A stretch of DNA of 64,000 nt, from the NCBI GenBank assembly GCA_045603085.1, contig JAZULL010000132.1:10575-74574 (forward strand). Reading direction: 5' to 3'. This document shows positions 7,892 through 18,400 of this stretch, in pieces. Numbering within the stretch: position 1 is the first letter of the stretch; each line of letters begins with the position of its first letter. The translations under genes were made by a program, and so were the position numbers. This stretch comes from Eubacteriales bacterium (GTDB taxonomy: Bacteria > Bacillota > Clostridia > Oscillospirales > CAG-272). The notes under the pieces were generated by a model, which was given only the letters and a program-made list of their open reading frames with translations, had not been told where the DNA came from and ran no database searches.

Positions 7892-10531
7892 ATGAAGTTC
7901 TATTGCACAGACAAACAAGCGGTTCTTGAAGAGCTTGGCGCAAACGCCCAGGGCCTGTCCTCGGCAGAAGCGCAAAAGCGTCTTGAAGCTAACGGCAAAA
8001 ACAAGCTTGCCGCCGCTAAGGGCAAATCCATCATCCGCAGATTCCTGGAGCAGCTTGCTGACCCCATGATCATCATTCTGCTGGTTGCGGCCGCTATCAG
8101 CGGTGTGCTGGCAGTATTTGAGGGTGAAGGCTTTACCGACGTGATCATCATTCTTGCAGTCGTAATCATCAACGCAGTTTTGGGCGTATACCAGGAAAGC
8201 AAGGCTGAAAAAGCGATCGAGGCTCTGCAGGAAATGTCGGCCGCTACCTCTAAGGTACTGCGTGACGGCAAAGTGCAGGTCATCCACAGCGAGGATCTGG
8301 TTGTGGGCGATATCATTCTGCTTGAAGCAGGTGATGCTGTTCCCGCGGACGCGAGAATTCTTGAAAATGCATCCCTGAAGGTGGAAGAGGCAGCCCTTAC
8401 CGGTGAGTCTGTTCCCGTTACCAAGTTTATTGACGTGATCTACCTTAAGGAAGGTGAAAAGGACGTTCCTCTGGGCGATCGCAAGAACATGCTGTATATG
8501 GGCTCGACCGTGGTTTACGGCCGTGGCACCGCAGTTGTGACCGCTACCGGTATGGAAACCGAGATGGGTAAGATCGCAGGCGCGCTGTCCGAGGCAGAAG
8601 AGGGTCAGACCCCTCTGCAGCTCAAGCTCGCTCAGCTGTCCAAGATCCTGACCTGGCTGGTGCTTGGTATCTGCGTCATCGTATTTGGCGTTCAACTGAT
8701 CCGCGCAGGCAACTTCAGCTTTACCGATACCATCCTTCCCTCCTTTATGGTCGCCGTTTCTCTGGCGGTTGCCGCAATTCCCGAGGGTCTTGCCGCAGTC
8801 GTGACCGTCGTGCTTTCGATCGGTGTGACCAATATGTCCAAGCGTAACGCCATTATCCGCCGCCTGACCGCCGTTGAGACGCTGGGCTGTGCGCAGATCA
8901 TCTGCTCGGATAAGACCGGTACGCTGACCCAGAACAAGATGACCGTGGTTGACCACTTCGGCGACAACGAGGAATATATTGCCAAGGCTATGGCTCTTTG
9001 CTGTGACGCAGAGCTGGACCGTGACGGTGGCGTAACCGGTGAGCCCACCGAGGCCGCGCTGGTTGTCTGGGCCGATAAGCTGGGCATGAAGAAGTACGAC
9101 CTCAAGGCTGCCGCTCCCCGCTGTGGCGAGGCGCCCTTCGACTCCGGCAGAAAGATGATGTCCACCGTGCATACCGTGGACGGTAAGTGCATCCAGTACA
9201 CCAAGGGTGCGCCCGACGTTGTTATCGGCAAGTGCACGCATTACCTGGAGAACGGCGTAGCCGTTCCTATGACCGAGGAATACAAGAACGCTATTTTGGC
9301 CGCCAACAAGGCTATGGCAGACAAGGCTCTGCGCGTGCTGGCTTGCTCCGAGCGCGTATGGAACACCACCCCCGATAACTATGACGCAGAAAACCTTGAG
9401 ACCAACCTTTGCTTCGTTGGTCTGTGCGGTATGATCGACCCCGTCCGCCCCGAGGTCAAGGACGCCATCGTGCAGTGCCGCGGCGCCGGCATCCGTCCCA
9501 TCATGATCACGGGTGACCACGTGGACACTGCAGTTGCAATCGCTAAGGAGCTCGGCATTATCACCGAGGAGACCTATGCGATCACCGGTGCATAGCTCAA
9601 CGATATGGACGACGCCGAATTCGAGTCCAAGTTCATGAACATCAGCGTTTACGCGCGCGTTCAGCCTGAGCACAAGACCAGAATCGTTAACGCTTGGCGC
9701 AAGGCCGGCTACGTCACGGCTATGACCGGTGACGGCGTTAACGACGCTCCCTCCATCAAGTCCGCAGACATCGGCGTTGGTATGGGTATTACCGGTACCG
9801 ACGTTACCAAGAACGTTGCCGACATGGTGCTGACCGACGACAACTTTCCCACCATCGTAGGCGCAGTTGAGGAAGACCGCCGTATTTACGACAACATCCG
9901 TAAGGCAATTCAGTTCCTGCTCGGCTCCAACATGAGTGAGGTCATCTCGATCTTCACCGCGACCCTGCTCGGCTTTACCATTCTCGAGCCCGTACACCTG
10001 CTCTGGATCAACCTTGTTACCGACTGCTTCCCCGCTTTGGCGCTGGGTATGGAAAAGGCTGAGCCCGACATCATGAACCGTAAGCCCAGAGATGCTAAGG
10101 CAGGCGTTTTCGCAGGCGGCATGGGTATTGACATCCTGTATCAGGGTGTTCTGGTTTCCATTCTGACCCTGGTTTCCTACTTTATCGGTCACGCCATTGC
10201 AGGCGAAGCCGCAAACGGCGACCACGGCATGACCATGGCGTTCCTGACTATGTCCATGGCCGAGATCTTCCACAGCTTTAACATGCGTTCTCAGCGCGGC
10301 AGTATCTTCAGACTGCCCTCTCAGAACTGGACGCTCTGGATCGCAGGTGCAGGCGCTCTGCTGGCAACCACGCTGGTTTGCGAGATTCCCTTCCTTGCAA
10401 ATGCATTCGGCTTTGCATCGGTTGGCCTTGTTGAGTACGCCATCGCAATCGGCCTGGGTCTGACCATGATTCCGATCGTCGAGATCGTCAAGCTGGTTCA
10501 GAGAGCTGTTGCCAAGAAAAAGAACAAGTAA
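7892..10531 (+). pseudogene. P-type (IIA-like, Ca2+/Mn2+-type) cation-transporting ATPase interrupted by one in-frame TAG at 9593-9595
   Basis: ORFs 7892..9595 and 9605..10531 are in the same frame. Together they carry CSDKTGTLTQN, MITGDH and TGDGVNDAPSIKSADIGVGMG. The junction reads AITGA*LNDMDDAEF, where homologues have E or Q. Confidence 0.85.
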
Positions 10532-10539
10532 AAATGCAA

Positions 10540-10569
10540 AGAGACCGTCTTGCGACGGTCTCTTTTTTG
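10540..10569. terminator. bidirectional intrinsic terminator between convergent genes
   Basis: AGAGACCGTC-ttgc-GACGGTCTCT followed by TTTTTT. It sits between the ATPase stop (10531) and the stop of the minus-strand gene (10573). Confidence 0.8.
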
Positions 10570-10572
10570 ATT

Positions 10573-12687
10573 TTATTGCACGATCTGCGCACAGCTGATC
10601 ACCTTTTCGGCCAGCATGCCCTTATTATAGTAATAATGGTTGGCGGCCTCGTAGCCGATGCGGGGATTTTTTTGCATCAGGGCATACAGGGAAAGCGCGT
10701 TTTGCATTTCCTCTTTTGCGATCTCGCGCATTGTCTGCGCATCCCCTCGCTCTCTTGCAAGGATAAAGCGCACCTGCGCGTAGCAAGAAGCAAAAATTGC
10801 TTCAGCAGCCTGTGCCATTTGCTTATATTCGCAATCGGGCATACCGTCAAGGAGTGTAACGCCCCGATGCCAGCCCTCGGACAGCAATCTCCATTGCTCT
10901 GCGTACACCTCTCTTGGATAAATGGAGCGCCACGTGTCCAGATCGTCGTAGCTATAGCAGGTCATGGTTGCTACATAGCCGCTTGGCTTTGCATATAAAA
11001 GATTGGACGGACCGGGATTCTGCGGCCCGAAATACAGACTGCGCAGATCAAACGGAAATTGACGGAACGCCTCGGAAAAGGCCTTGGCAGATTGGCGAAC
11101 TATATCGGCATACTCACCGAATTCCTGCTCCAGCAGGCGCAGATAGGCTTGCTCAGAGGGGTCTTGCAGGCACTCGGAGGCTACCTTGAGATTGATCGAG
11201 GGATAGCCGCCCAAGGTCCACGACAGCATCAGGTGCTCCACGCCTGCCTCGCGCAGTCCCATCATGTGCTCGCGGATGAGATCAAACACCGGCAGATACG
11301 GCAAGGTACTGCACTCCCAGGTCACGTTGACCTGCACCTTGGCAGAGACCCCGTGTCCCTTTTTCTTAGCATACTCCCAGACTCTGCTTGCCAGCGGCGC
11401 AGGTCCGGGCACCGACATGCTGTAATCACGCACGTTTCCGCTCACACCGCCGCGTTCAAATTCCATCATGGCCTCGCTGTTGCTTTGTATGATGATCTCG
11501 GGCGGAAGCAGGTCGATACAGCTCTGCATCTGCTCCTCGGTCATATAATCGTCCCACGCCCACGTCCATGCAACGGTGCGGATGGTGGGATCAACCGCTC
11601 TTGATTCCTCGCTGATGGCAGTCAGCACCTCGGCAACCAAGCGCTCGATCGGGATATTCTTACAAGTCGGGCATTCTGTTCCCGCAAACGAGGATTTGCA
11701 ATGCGTCAGATTCTCCGAGCAGGTGATGGCGAAAAAGCCGCCCAAGCCGGGAGCACTTTTGCAAAGTGTGCGCACAGCCTGGCGCAGATAGGCCATGACG
11801 GCGGGATTCCGGGTGCACAGCGCGCTGTATTCCTCCCCCCGTCTGCCCAGCAGGTGGGGATGCTGCTCAAAAAACGCGTTTGGCATGCAACGCGGCTCGT
11901 TGAGATAGAGATAGACCTTGATGCCGTAATCGGCGGCACGCGCGATCAGCTCGCGCAGTCTTGCCATTCTGTCCTGCCATCCTATGGAATAGCTCTCGTC
12001 AAACGAAAACGGCACCAGCTGATACAGCACGGCGGGCAGCCATACCGCATTGACGCCAAGGTCGCGATACATAGCCAGCATCTCGTCGGGATAGGACAGC
12101 GAAATATCACGATCCAAGGCGGTGGCGTACAGACCGCAATAGGAATAGATCATGCGAAGTCCCCCGACTCTCGCGGTTGGTGCGGTAACTTTGGGCTGTT
12201 CTTCAAAAAAGTGAAACGGTGCTTTACCGCCAAACAGGTCAGAAAAATGCGTCTGCATCAGCTTGCGGATGCACGCAAGCTGCCCTTTTTGCGCGTCATT
12301 GAGCACAGGCAACATGATCGGCTCGCAGTACGGCTTAAAGTTTCCCAGCTTGACGCCAAAGAAATCGTCCTCCTTAAGCGCGTTGGCCAGCTGCTCCTCG
12401 CTCCAGCCAAGAAGCGGGAGCAGATTTTCATACGGCAGCACGTGCCAGGCGTTGCGGATGGTGGTGATATAGCCGCGCGTTGCCCAATCGGAAAGGTCAC
12501 CCTGCTGTGGCAGACCCATCCCGTCGGCGGCAGTCAGCACTGCACTCAGAGGCAGATCAAGTGCCTTGGCAATGCGCTTGGCTGGCACAGTTTCCCACAG
12601 ACGGAAAACAGCCGCATGAAAACGGCTTGGGAAATGCGGCAGATCTATGTGCACGTCCAATCTGACGGGGGGGAGTTTTTCGTACAT
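10573..12687 (-). CDS. large cytoplasmic protein, possible clan GH-A (TIM-barrel) glycoside hydrolase-like
   Basis: 704-aa ORF with no signal peptide. YLYLNEPRC contains the NEP acid/base-type motif of GH-A enzymes, and ITCSENLTHC is a candidate nucleophile strand. The function call is weak. Confidence 0.45.
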   Translation of the reverse strand: MYEKLPPVRLDVHIDLPHFPSRFHAAVFRLWETVPAKRIAKALDLPLSAVLTAADGMGLPQQGDLSDWATRGYITTIRNAWHVLPYENLLPLLGWSEEQLANALKEDDFFGVKLGNFKPYCEPIMLPVLNDAQKGQLACIRKLMQTHFSDLFGGKAPFHFFEEQPKVTAPTARVGGLRMIYSYCGLYATALDRDISLSYPDEMLAMYRDLGVNAVWLPAVLYQLVPFSFDESYSIGWQDRMARLRELIARAADYGIKVYLYLNEPRCMPNAFFEQHPHLLGRRGEEYSALCTRNPAVMAYLRQAVRTLCKSAPGLGGFFAITCSENLTHCKSSFAGTECPTCKNIPIERLVAEVLTAISEESRAVDPTIRTVAWTWAWDDYMTEEQMQSCIDLLPPEIIIQSNSEAMMEFERGGVSGNVRDYSMSVPGPAPLASRVWEYAKKKGHGVSAKVQVNVTWECSTLPYLPVFDLIREHMMGLREAGVEHLMLSWTLGGYPSINLKVASECLQDPSEQAYLRLLEQEFGEYADIVRQSAKAFSEAFRQFPFDLRSLYFGPQNPGPSNLLYAKPSGYVATMTCYSYDDLDTWRSIYPREVYAEQWRLLSEGWHRGVTLLDGMPDCEYKQMAQAAEAIFASCYAQVRFILARERGDAQTMREIAKEEMQNALSLYALMQKNPRIGYEAANHYYYNKGMLAEKVISCAQIVQ

Positions 12688-12800
12688 AGCGGCCTCCTTG
12701 GCTTGACGCGCCGCGGCGAGTCATCACTTCCCTTTTATTCTATCATCCCGGTGGCGCGTTGTCAAGAATTCTCAGGCAACTGATCAAAAACGCATGCGGC

Positions 12801-12836
12801 AAAACAAAATCCGCCGATCACTCGGCGGATTTTTGT
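12801..12836. terminator. bidirectional intrinsic terminator
   Basis: ATCCGCCGA-tcac-TCGGCGGAT is flanked by an A-run and a T-run. It lies just downstream of the stop of the 12845..13792 gene. Confidence 0.8.
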
Positions 12837-12844
12837 TAAATAAT

Positions 12845-13792
12845 TTACTGCTTGCCTCTCTGTATACCGTGCGTCATCTTGATGCCTCTCATATATGCGT
12901 GAGAAAGCTGGGTACAATGGTGCGAGCTATGCCAGAAGCCAAAGGTTACTTTGACATCGGACTGCGAGGGAGCTCTAACCTCTCCCTTCTTGACTCCGTT
13001 GATCACAACGCTGTAGCAACCGTCGATCACGGAAAGTACCATGTGGAATTTAGATCCCACCTGCGCCACCTGAGAGCCGTTTAACAGGAAGGTGCCGCCT
13101 TTTTCTGTGATCTGCGCGGTGATTGCTCCGAATGAAACGTAAAGATGTCCGCCCGGATGAGGGGAAATCGTAGAGGTGTCAACGTCACATTCAATCTCAA
13201 AATCGTCGTGTCCCTTTATCATATAGAACACGCCCTCGTTCATCTCACTCACGTTATATCCATGAAATTCAATATTCTCCTCGTTGGCAATCACGTGCTT
13301 TTTAGGCTCGATCAAGAGGTATTCAAGAGCGGTAGGATGCGTCTGAATGTTGTCAAAATGCGTCCATTCTACGTTGCTGAAGGTTACGATCTTGACCTCC
13401 TTGCCCTGCTCCAGAGTTACCTTATCGCCACGGATACCGGCAAGATCCGCACGGGTAGGAAGCGAATAATCCACTTCCAATTCACTACAATAAATGCAGG
13501 CAAACTGATAATCCATGCCTCGCTTGCATTGAACCATTTTTCTGGCGCAGGAGCAGCCACCTACCTTGCGATTTCCGCATATTCTGCATGCAAGCAAATT
13601 GGAATTGGTTTCAAAGCTGGGCTGTCGCACCTCCGAGGTAACAATTCTGGCTTTGTCATCGGGCAAGCTGGTCATATTGACCACTTTCCATGCAGAGCCA
13701 AACCTTTCAACATCAAGGCCATAGTAAATGCCCGTCTTTTTGCACTTAACTTTTACAAATTTTCTTTCCACTGTAGCACCGCCTTTACACAT
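12845..13792 (-). CDS. hypothetical protein with internal Cys-rich (zinc-ribbon-like) segment
   Basis: 315-aa ORF containing CRICGNRKVGGCSCARKMVQCKRGMDYQFACIYC. I recognise no family, and the start codon is uncertain because the SD is weak. Confidence 0.5.
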   Translation of the reverse strand: MCKGGATVERKFVKVKCKKTGIYYGLDVERFGSAWKVVNMTSLPDDKARIVTSEVRQPSFETNSNLLACRICGNRKVGGCSCARKMVQCKRGMDYQFACIYCSELEVDYSLPTRADLAGIRGDKVTLEQGKEVKIVTFSNVEWTHFDNIQTHPTALEYLLIEPKKHVIANEENIEFHGYNVSEMNEGVFYMIKGHDDFEIECDVDTSTISPHPGGHLYVSFGAITAQITEKGGTFLLNGSQVAQVGSKFHMVLSVIDGCYSVVINGVKKGEVRAPSQSDVKVTFGFWHSSHHCTQLSHAYMRGIKMTHGIQRGKQ

Positions 13793-13881
13793 TTATTGCA
13801 GATCGTCTGCATCTCTATTCTATTTTAACATACCTTATGTGATAAATCAAGACGGTATACGTTTATTTTTGACAAAATACG

Positions 13882-14613
13882 TCATTGTGTTCGCATCTGG
13901 CGCAAAAACAGCAGCACCGCGACTGCTGTGACCAGCACAGCATAGCCCGCAACCCAGCCCACGTGCGGCATGATGGCAGAAAAATCACCCGCAATGACCG
14001 CTCTTTCCAGCTCCACGGCATGAAGAAAAGGCAAAAGCCTTGCAATCTTTTCAAACGCGCCGCCCACCAGCTTGAGATCAAACCAGACGCCCGACAGCCA
14101 CGCCGATAGATTTGTCAGGAGTGCGCCGCATAAGCCGCCCACCTGCTTGACGTTCATGATACTGCCGCACAAAAGTCCCAGCGAAATATAAAATACCGCG
14201 ACGGGGATATTGCACAGAACAGCAAGCGGGACGTTGACCGTGACGGGAAGTCCGAGCACGATGGCCACCAGATAGCACGCGGCACTCTGCGCAAGCGCAA
14301 TGGGTAACATGGGCAGCATATAGCCGAGGATGAAATCCGCAGGGGTCATAGGCGTGGTATACAGCCTTTGCAGCAGTGCGCTTTCGCGATCCTTGGCGAT
14401 CAAGGTGGCCGAAAACAGCGTCATAAACGCCAGCCCGAACACCGAAATACCGGGGCTCAAGTGCGAAATGGCGAACAGCTCGACCGGCACGTTTGCCTGA
14501 ATGGCGCTGAGTAAAAGCAATAAAATGATCGGGAAACCAAGCCCGAAGGCCAAATTCAAGGGGTCGCGCAAGATCTCCCCTGCACATCTTTTGGAAAACG
14601 TCAACATTCTCAT
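13882..14613 (-). CDS. ABC-2 type transporter permease
   Basis: 243 aa with six predicted hydrophobic helices. The ATG overlaps the stop of the ATPase gene (ATGA). Confidence 0.75.
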   Translation of the reverse strand: MRMLTFSKRCAGEILRDPLNLAFGLGFPIILLLLLSAIQANVPVELFAISHLSPGISVFGLAFMTLFSATLIAKDRESALLQRLYTTPMTPADFILGYMLPMLPIALAQSAACYLVAIVLGLPVTVNVPLAVLCNIPVAVFYISLGLLCGSIMNVKQVGGLCGALLTNLSAWLSGVWFDLKLVGGAFEKIARLLPFLHAVELERAVIAGDFSAIMPHVGWVAGYAVLVTAVAVLLFLRQMRTQ

Positions 14614-15338
14614 ACGTCCGCCTCCTTTACGATTGCCACAAATGCATTTTCAAACCGATCCGTCCCCGTGCGCTCCATCAGCTCGCGCGCCGTGCCAAGT
14701 GCCAAAAGCTTGCCATCCTTCATAATGCCGATGCGGTCGGAGAGTGCCTCGGCCTCCTCCATATAGTGAGTGGTAAGAATGACGGTGACCGAGCCCCGCA
14801 TGGCGCGGATGATCTCCCACAGCTCGCTCCTTGCAATGACGTCCAGCCCCAGTGTGGGCTCGTCCAAAAACAGCACGCAAGGACGGCTGATCAGCGCCAT
14901 AGCGATGCTGACGCGGCGTTGCCAACCGCCCGACAGCTTGCCCGCCTTGCGCGACAGAACTCCGTCAAGCCCCAGCTTTTGTGCCAGCTCGGCAATTCTC
15001 TGCTTGCTCTCCTGCTTGTCAAGGCCGTGCAAGCCGCACATCAGCGCGAGGTTTTCCCGCACGCTCAGTCCCGGTGCGACCGCTGTTTGTTGTGGCGAAA
15101 CGCCGATCATGCGCTTGACGCGCGCGGCATCCCGAAGTATGCTGTACCCGCCCACCTGCGCGTCACCGCTCGTCGGGCGCGTCAGGCAGGACAGCATTTT
15201 GACCGTGGTGGTCTTGCCCGCACCGTTGATGCCAAGCAGCGCGAACAGCTCGCCCTGCGCGATTTCCAGATTCAAACTGTCCACCGCAACCACGTCCTTA
15301 TATTTTTTGGTTAAGTTCTCTGTTTTGATGGCTTGCAT
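14610..15338 (-). CDS. ABC transporter ATP-binding protein
   Basis: Walker A GINGAGKTTT, signature LSGGWQRR, Walker B LFLDEPTLGLD. I moved the start to the ATG at 15338 (MQAIKTENL), which has GGAGGT 4 nt upstream. Confidence 0.9.
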   Translation of the reverse strand: MQAIKTENLTKKYKDVVAVDSLNLEIAQGELFALLGINGAGKTTTVKMLSCLTRPTSGDAQVGGYSILRDAARVKRMIGVSPQQTAVAPGLSVRENLALMCGLHGLDKQESKQRIAELAQKLGLDGVLSRKAGKLSGGWQRRVSIAMALISRPCVLFLDEPTLGLDVIARSELWEIIRAMRGSVTVILTTHYMEEAEALSDRIGIMKDGKLLALGTARELMERTGTDRFENAFVAIVKEADV

Positions 15339-15370
15339 ACCTACCTCCAAATCTTGTTTTCGCTTTCATT

Positions 15371-15400
15371 ATTATAGCACCTCGGGAGCACAGATTGCAA
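15371..15400 (-). promoter_or_regulatory. sigma-70-type promoter for the ABC operon
   Basis: On the minus strand the sequence reads TTGCAA-18 nt-TATAAT. Confidence 0.45.
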
Positions 15401-15440
15401 GGACTCTTGATCCATCGGTCATCCGGGCGGTCTGAACGGC

Positions 15441-15472
15441 AAAAAGGAGAGTGAGCAATGCTCACTCTCCCC
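15441..15472 (-). terminator. intrinsic terminator after the lipoprotein gene
   Basis: GGAGAGTGAGC-aat-GCTCACTCTCC followed by TTTTT on the minus strand. Confidence 0.8.
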
Positions 15473-15492
15473 TTGTAGGTGATTATTTTTCG

Positions 15493-18400
15493 TTAACCCT
15501 CGACCTGCACCTGCTCGATGACCGTGATGATGCAAAGGCCGTCGGAATCCGAGGCGGGAACCAGCGCGAACACAACGTCCACAATCTGTCCCGCATAGGC
15601 AGACAGATCGGCAGAGACGCCCGAGGGCCTGCCCTCTGCGCCTTGGAAGACGATCTTATCGGGATTTTCCATAACGTCATAACCCGAAGCGGCAAAGAAA
15701 TTATCGGCCGCTGCGGCAATGCCCTGCCCTGCAACCAAGCCACCGAATGCGGCGGTGTTATAAAGCGAGCATTCCTGCCACGTCTTGCCGCCGTCGGCAG
15801 ACCACATATATTTGTCTATACCGCCCTCGGCGACCGCCCAGCCTGCAATGGCCAGCACGCTGCCGTCCACAGTTGTGCCACAATACTCGATCTTATCCAG
15901 CGGACTATCCGAGGCGGTGCCGCGCGAATCATACGCGCCGTTACCGTCACCCGTGCCGTTGATAAAATCGATTCTACCCATGTAGCGTACGTCGGACACG
16001 TTCCAGCCCGAGGAGAAGTCCACGTAATCGTAAACGGTATCTGCCGCACCGCCGGGATTGGCGGTCATACCGGTGGAGAAATCCAGCGCGTTGACCACGT
16101 TGCCGCCCTCGTAAAGCTCGCCCTTGCCGCTACCGTTGTGGCGGCAGATATCGGTCAGGCTGTTTGCAATGCCCACGTAGGCGATATCCACGTAGCAATC
16201 GGCGCTCATGGGGGTGTTGAAGACGTCAAAGCGGAGATACTGAGGCGCATAGTTGCCGTTGGCATCCGCTCCGAAGGTGGGCAGGCTTTGCGCGGACATA
16301 TCCACGATCAGCACGTGCCACTCGCCGTCCCGCAAAAGCTCTCTTGCATAGAAGCTTGCACCTGCCTGCGCACCGGAATGCTCGGTGCTGGAGAAGAATT
16401 CAAACTCAAATGTATCGGTATTGGCCTTGGGAATGCGATATTTGACCACAAGATACTGTCCGACCGAGGTAGAGGCAGACGCCTTGTATGCATCAAAGAA
16501 GGCTTCACCTGCGCCGTCACCGCTGCCAAAAATGCGGATATACGCGCCATCCTCCTGCACGCCCGTCTGACCAAAGCCCTTGCCTGCGGCAATGCGCTGC
16601 TGCAGCTCGGCGGGGGTGACCAGAACGTCCAGCGCAATCCGGCTTGCGGAATTGTCGCCCTCCTCCCAACCGGCAAAATCGGTATCGGCCACGATCTTGA
16701 AGGTGCGGCTCTGCGCGCCGTCCATATCGAAAGCAAATGCGTAGGAATACGTTCCGTCGCGGTCATAATACACGGTGTAGCCATCGTATGCATGCGCATT
16801 GCCCTTGAGGTCGGGGGTATTCTTGGAGCTGACCTCGTATCTGACCCACTCGCCATCGATCTTTTCATAGATGACGGGTGCGGTCAGCTTATCAAAGCCG
16901 TAAACGCGAACCACCTTATTGTTGGAAGAACCTGACACGGTAAACTCGACACTCTTGCCGTTGGTGGTACGGATCTTGGGCATATACGTGCAGGAGATCA
17001 GCTCACCGTCCGCTACAGTAGCCTGCAGGCGGTCAAGGCAGGTGTTCTTGCGGATCTTTTGCATATTGCCGTCATCGGTGGAGTCATAGAAGCCCCAAGG
17101 CGAGATGATCATGCATAGCTTGATGGTGTCCCCTGCCTTGAGCGTGACGTTGCCAAGATCCAACGACAGGCTGTACTTGGAATTCTGTCCCACCACGACA
17201 AAGCCGGCATCACTCGTCTTGCCGCCGATATTGATCTCGGAATCATAGATCACAAAGCCGATATTGACGTTATTATTGACAAAGGAGTCTGCAGTCGTTG
17301 CCAGATCGTACAGCGCTACGTAGGGGCACTGATCACCCAGCTTGATGACCTCGGGAGTGGCAGAGGCATTGACCTTGCCGCTCACGGGCTTGTTATTCTC
17401 GCCAAGATAGCCGATCTTTGTATAAGTGCCTGCATAGCCCTCAAACGAATAGAACGAGAAATCCTTGGCAAAATCCGCAACCGTGACGTCCTCAAGAATT
17501 TCATAATTGATCTCGTAGTAGGCGCGAAGCTCATCGGTCTCGGGCAGCTCTACGTGGTTGTAAGAAACCTTGATACGGCCGTCGTCCGAAATATAGTCCA
17601 TTTTGACGTCGGTGTATACGGGACCCGAGGAATCTATGTCGTTGTGATAGTTCTCGGTTGCAGAATATTTACCGTTTGCATCGGTGTACTGCAGGAAATA
17701 CTGGAAGCCGCCGTGCGTGTGCTGGGGCTGATTTCCGTATCCCGCGCCCTCGGGCAGCTCAAACCAATACGGCATGGACATGGAACGGAAGTCGGGCAGC
17801 GTCCACAGATCACGTGCGCCGTACCAAGGGGAGATACAGCTGGTTTCGGTCGTACCCAGCGAGAGGTGATAATAAGGCCAGAAATACTGGATCGAGGAGA
17901 GCTGCTTGAGCGGCACCTGACCCCAGTTCATGTAAAGGTTGAGCACCGTGACCTTGCAGGTCTCGCCTGCCTTGACGGTCAGTGGGAAATAGGTCTCGCT
18001 GTAGGACGCGTCGCCCGCATCAAAGATCGGCTCTTCGTTCTCGCCCTTGAAATTCTTGCAGATCATGGTGGGAATGGGCAAGAGCATCTGATTTTCATCC
18101 AGAATCAGCGCGTTTTCGCCGCAACCGCCCGTAAAGTAGGTGTAAACGTAGATATTTCGGTCGCTACCGTCGCCCTTGAAGGATACGTCGCAGGAATAAT
18201 GTCTGTTCTGCTCGGTAAAGAAGGGCTCGTTAAAGCCCGAGCCGCCGATCTCAAACTTGTATGCACCGCGCAGGGCATCATAGCCGAGATAGGTATCGCC
18301 ACCGACAGCCTCCAAGGGGTGTCTTTCGGCCTCTGCCGCAGCCACAAATGCGTCAAAGCTGTGGTTTTCATCAGTATAGAGGCGGTGACCCATGTAAAAA

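Noticed and set aside
7844-10273. 809-aa minus-strand ORF covering the P-type ATPase locus
   Set aside because: It is antisense to a gene with unmistakable P-type ATPase motifs. The composition is low-complexity Gly/Val/Ala/His-rich, typical of the antisense frame of GC-rich genes, and there is no RBS.
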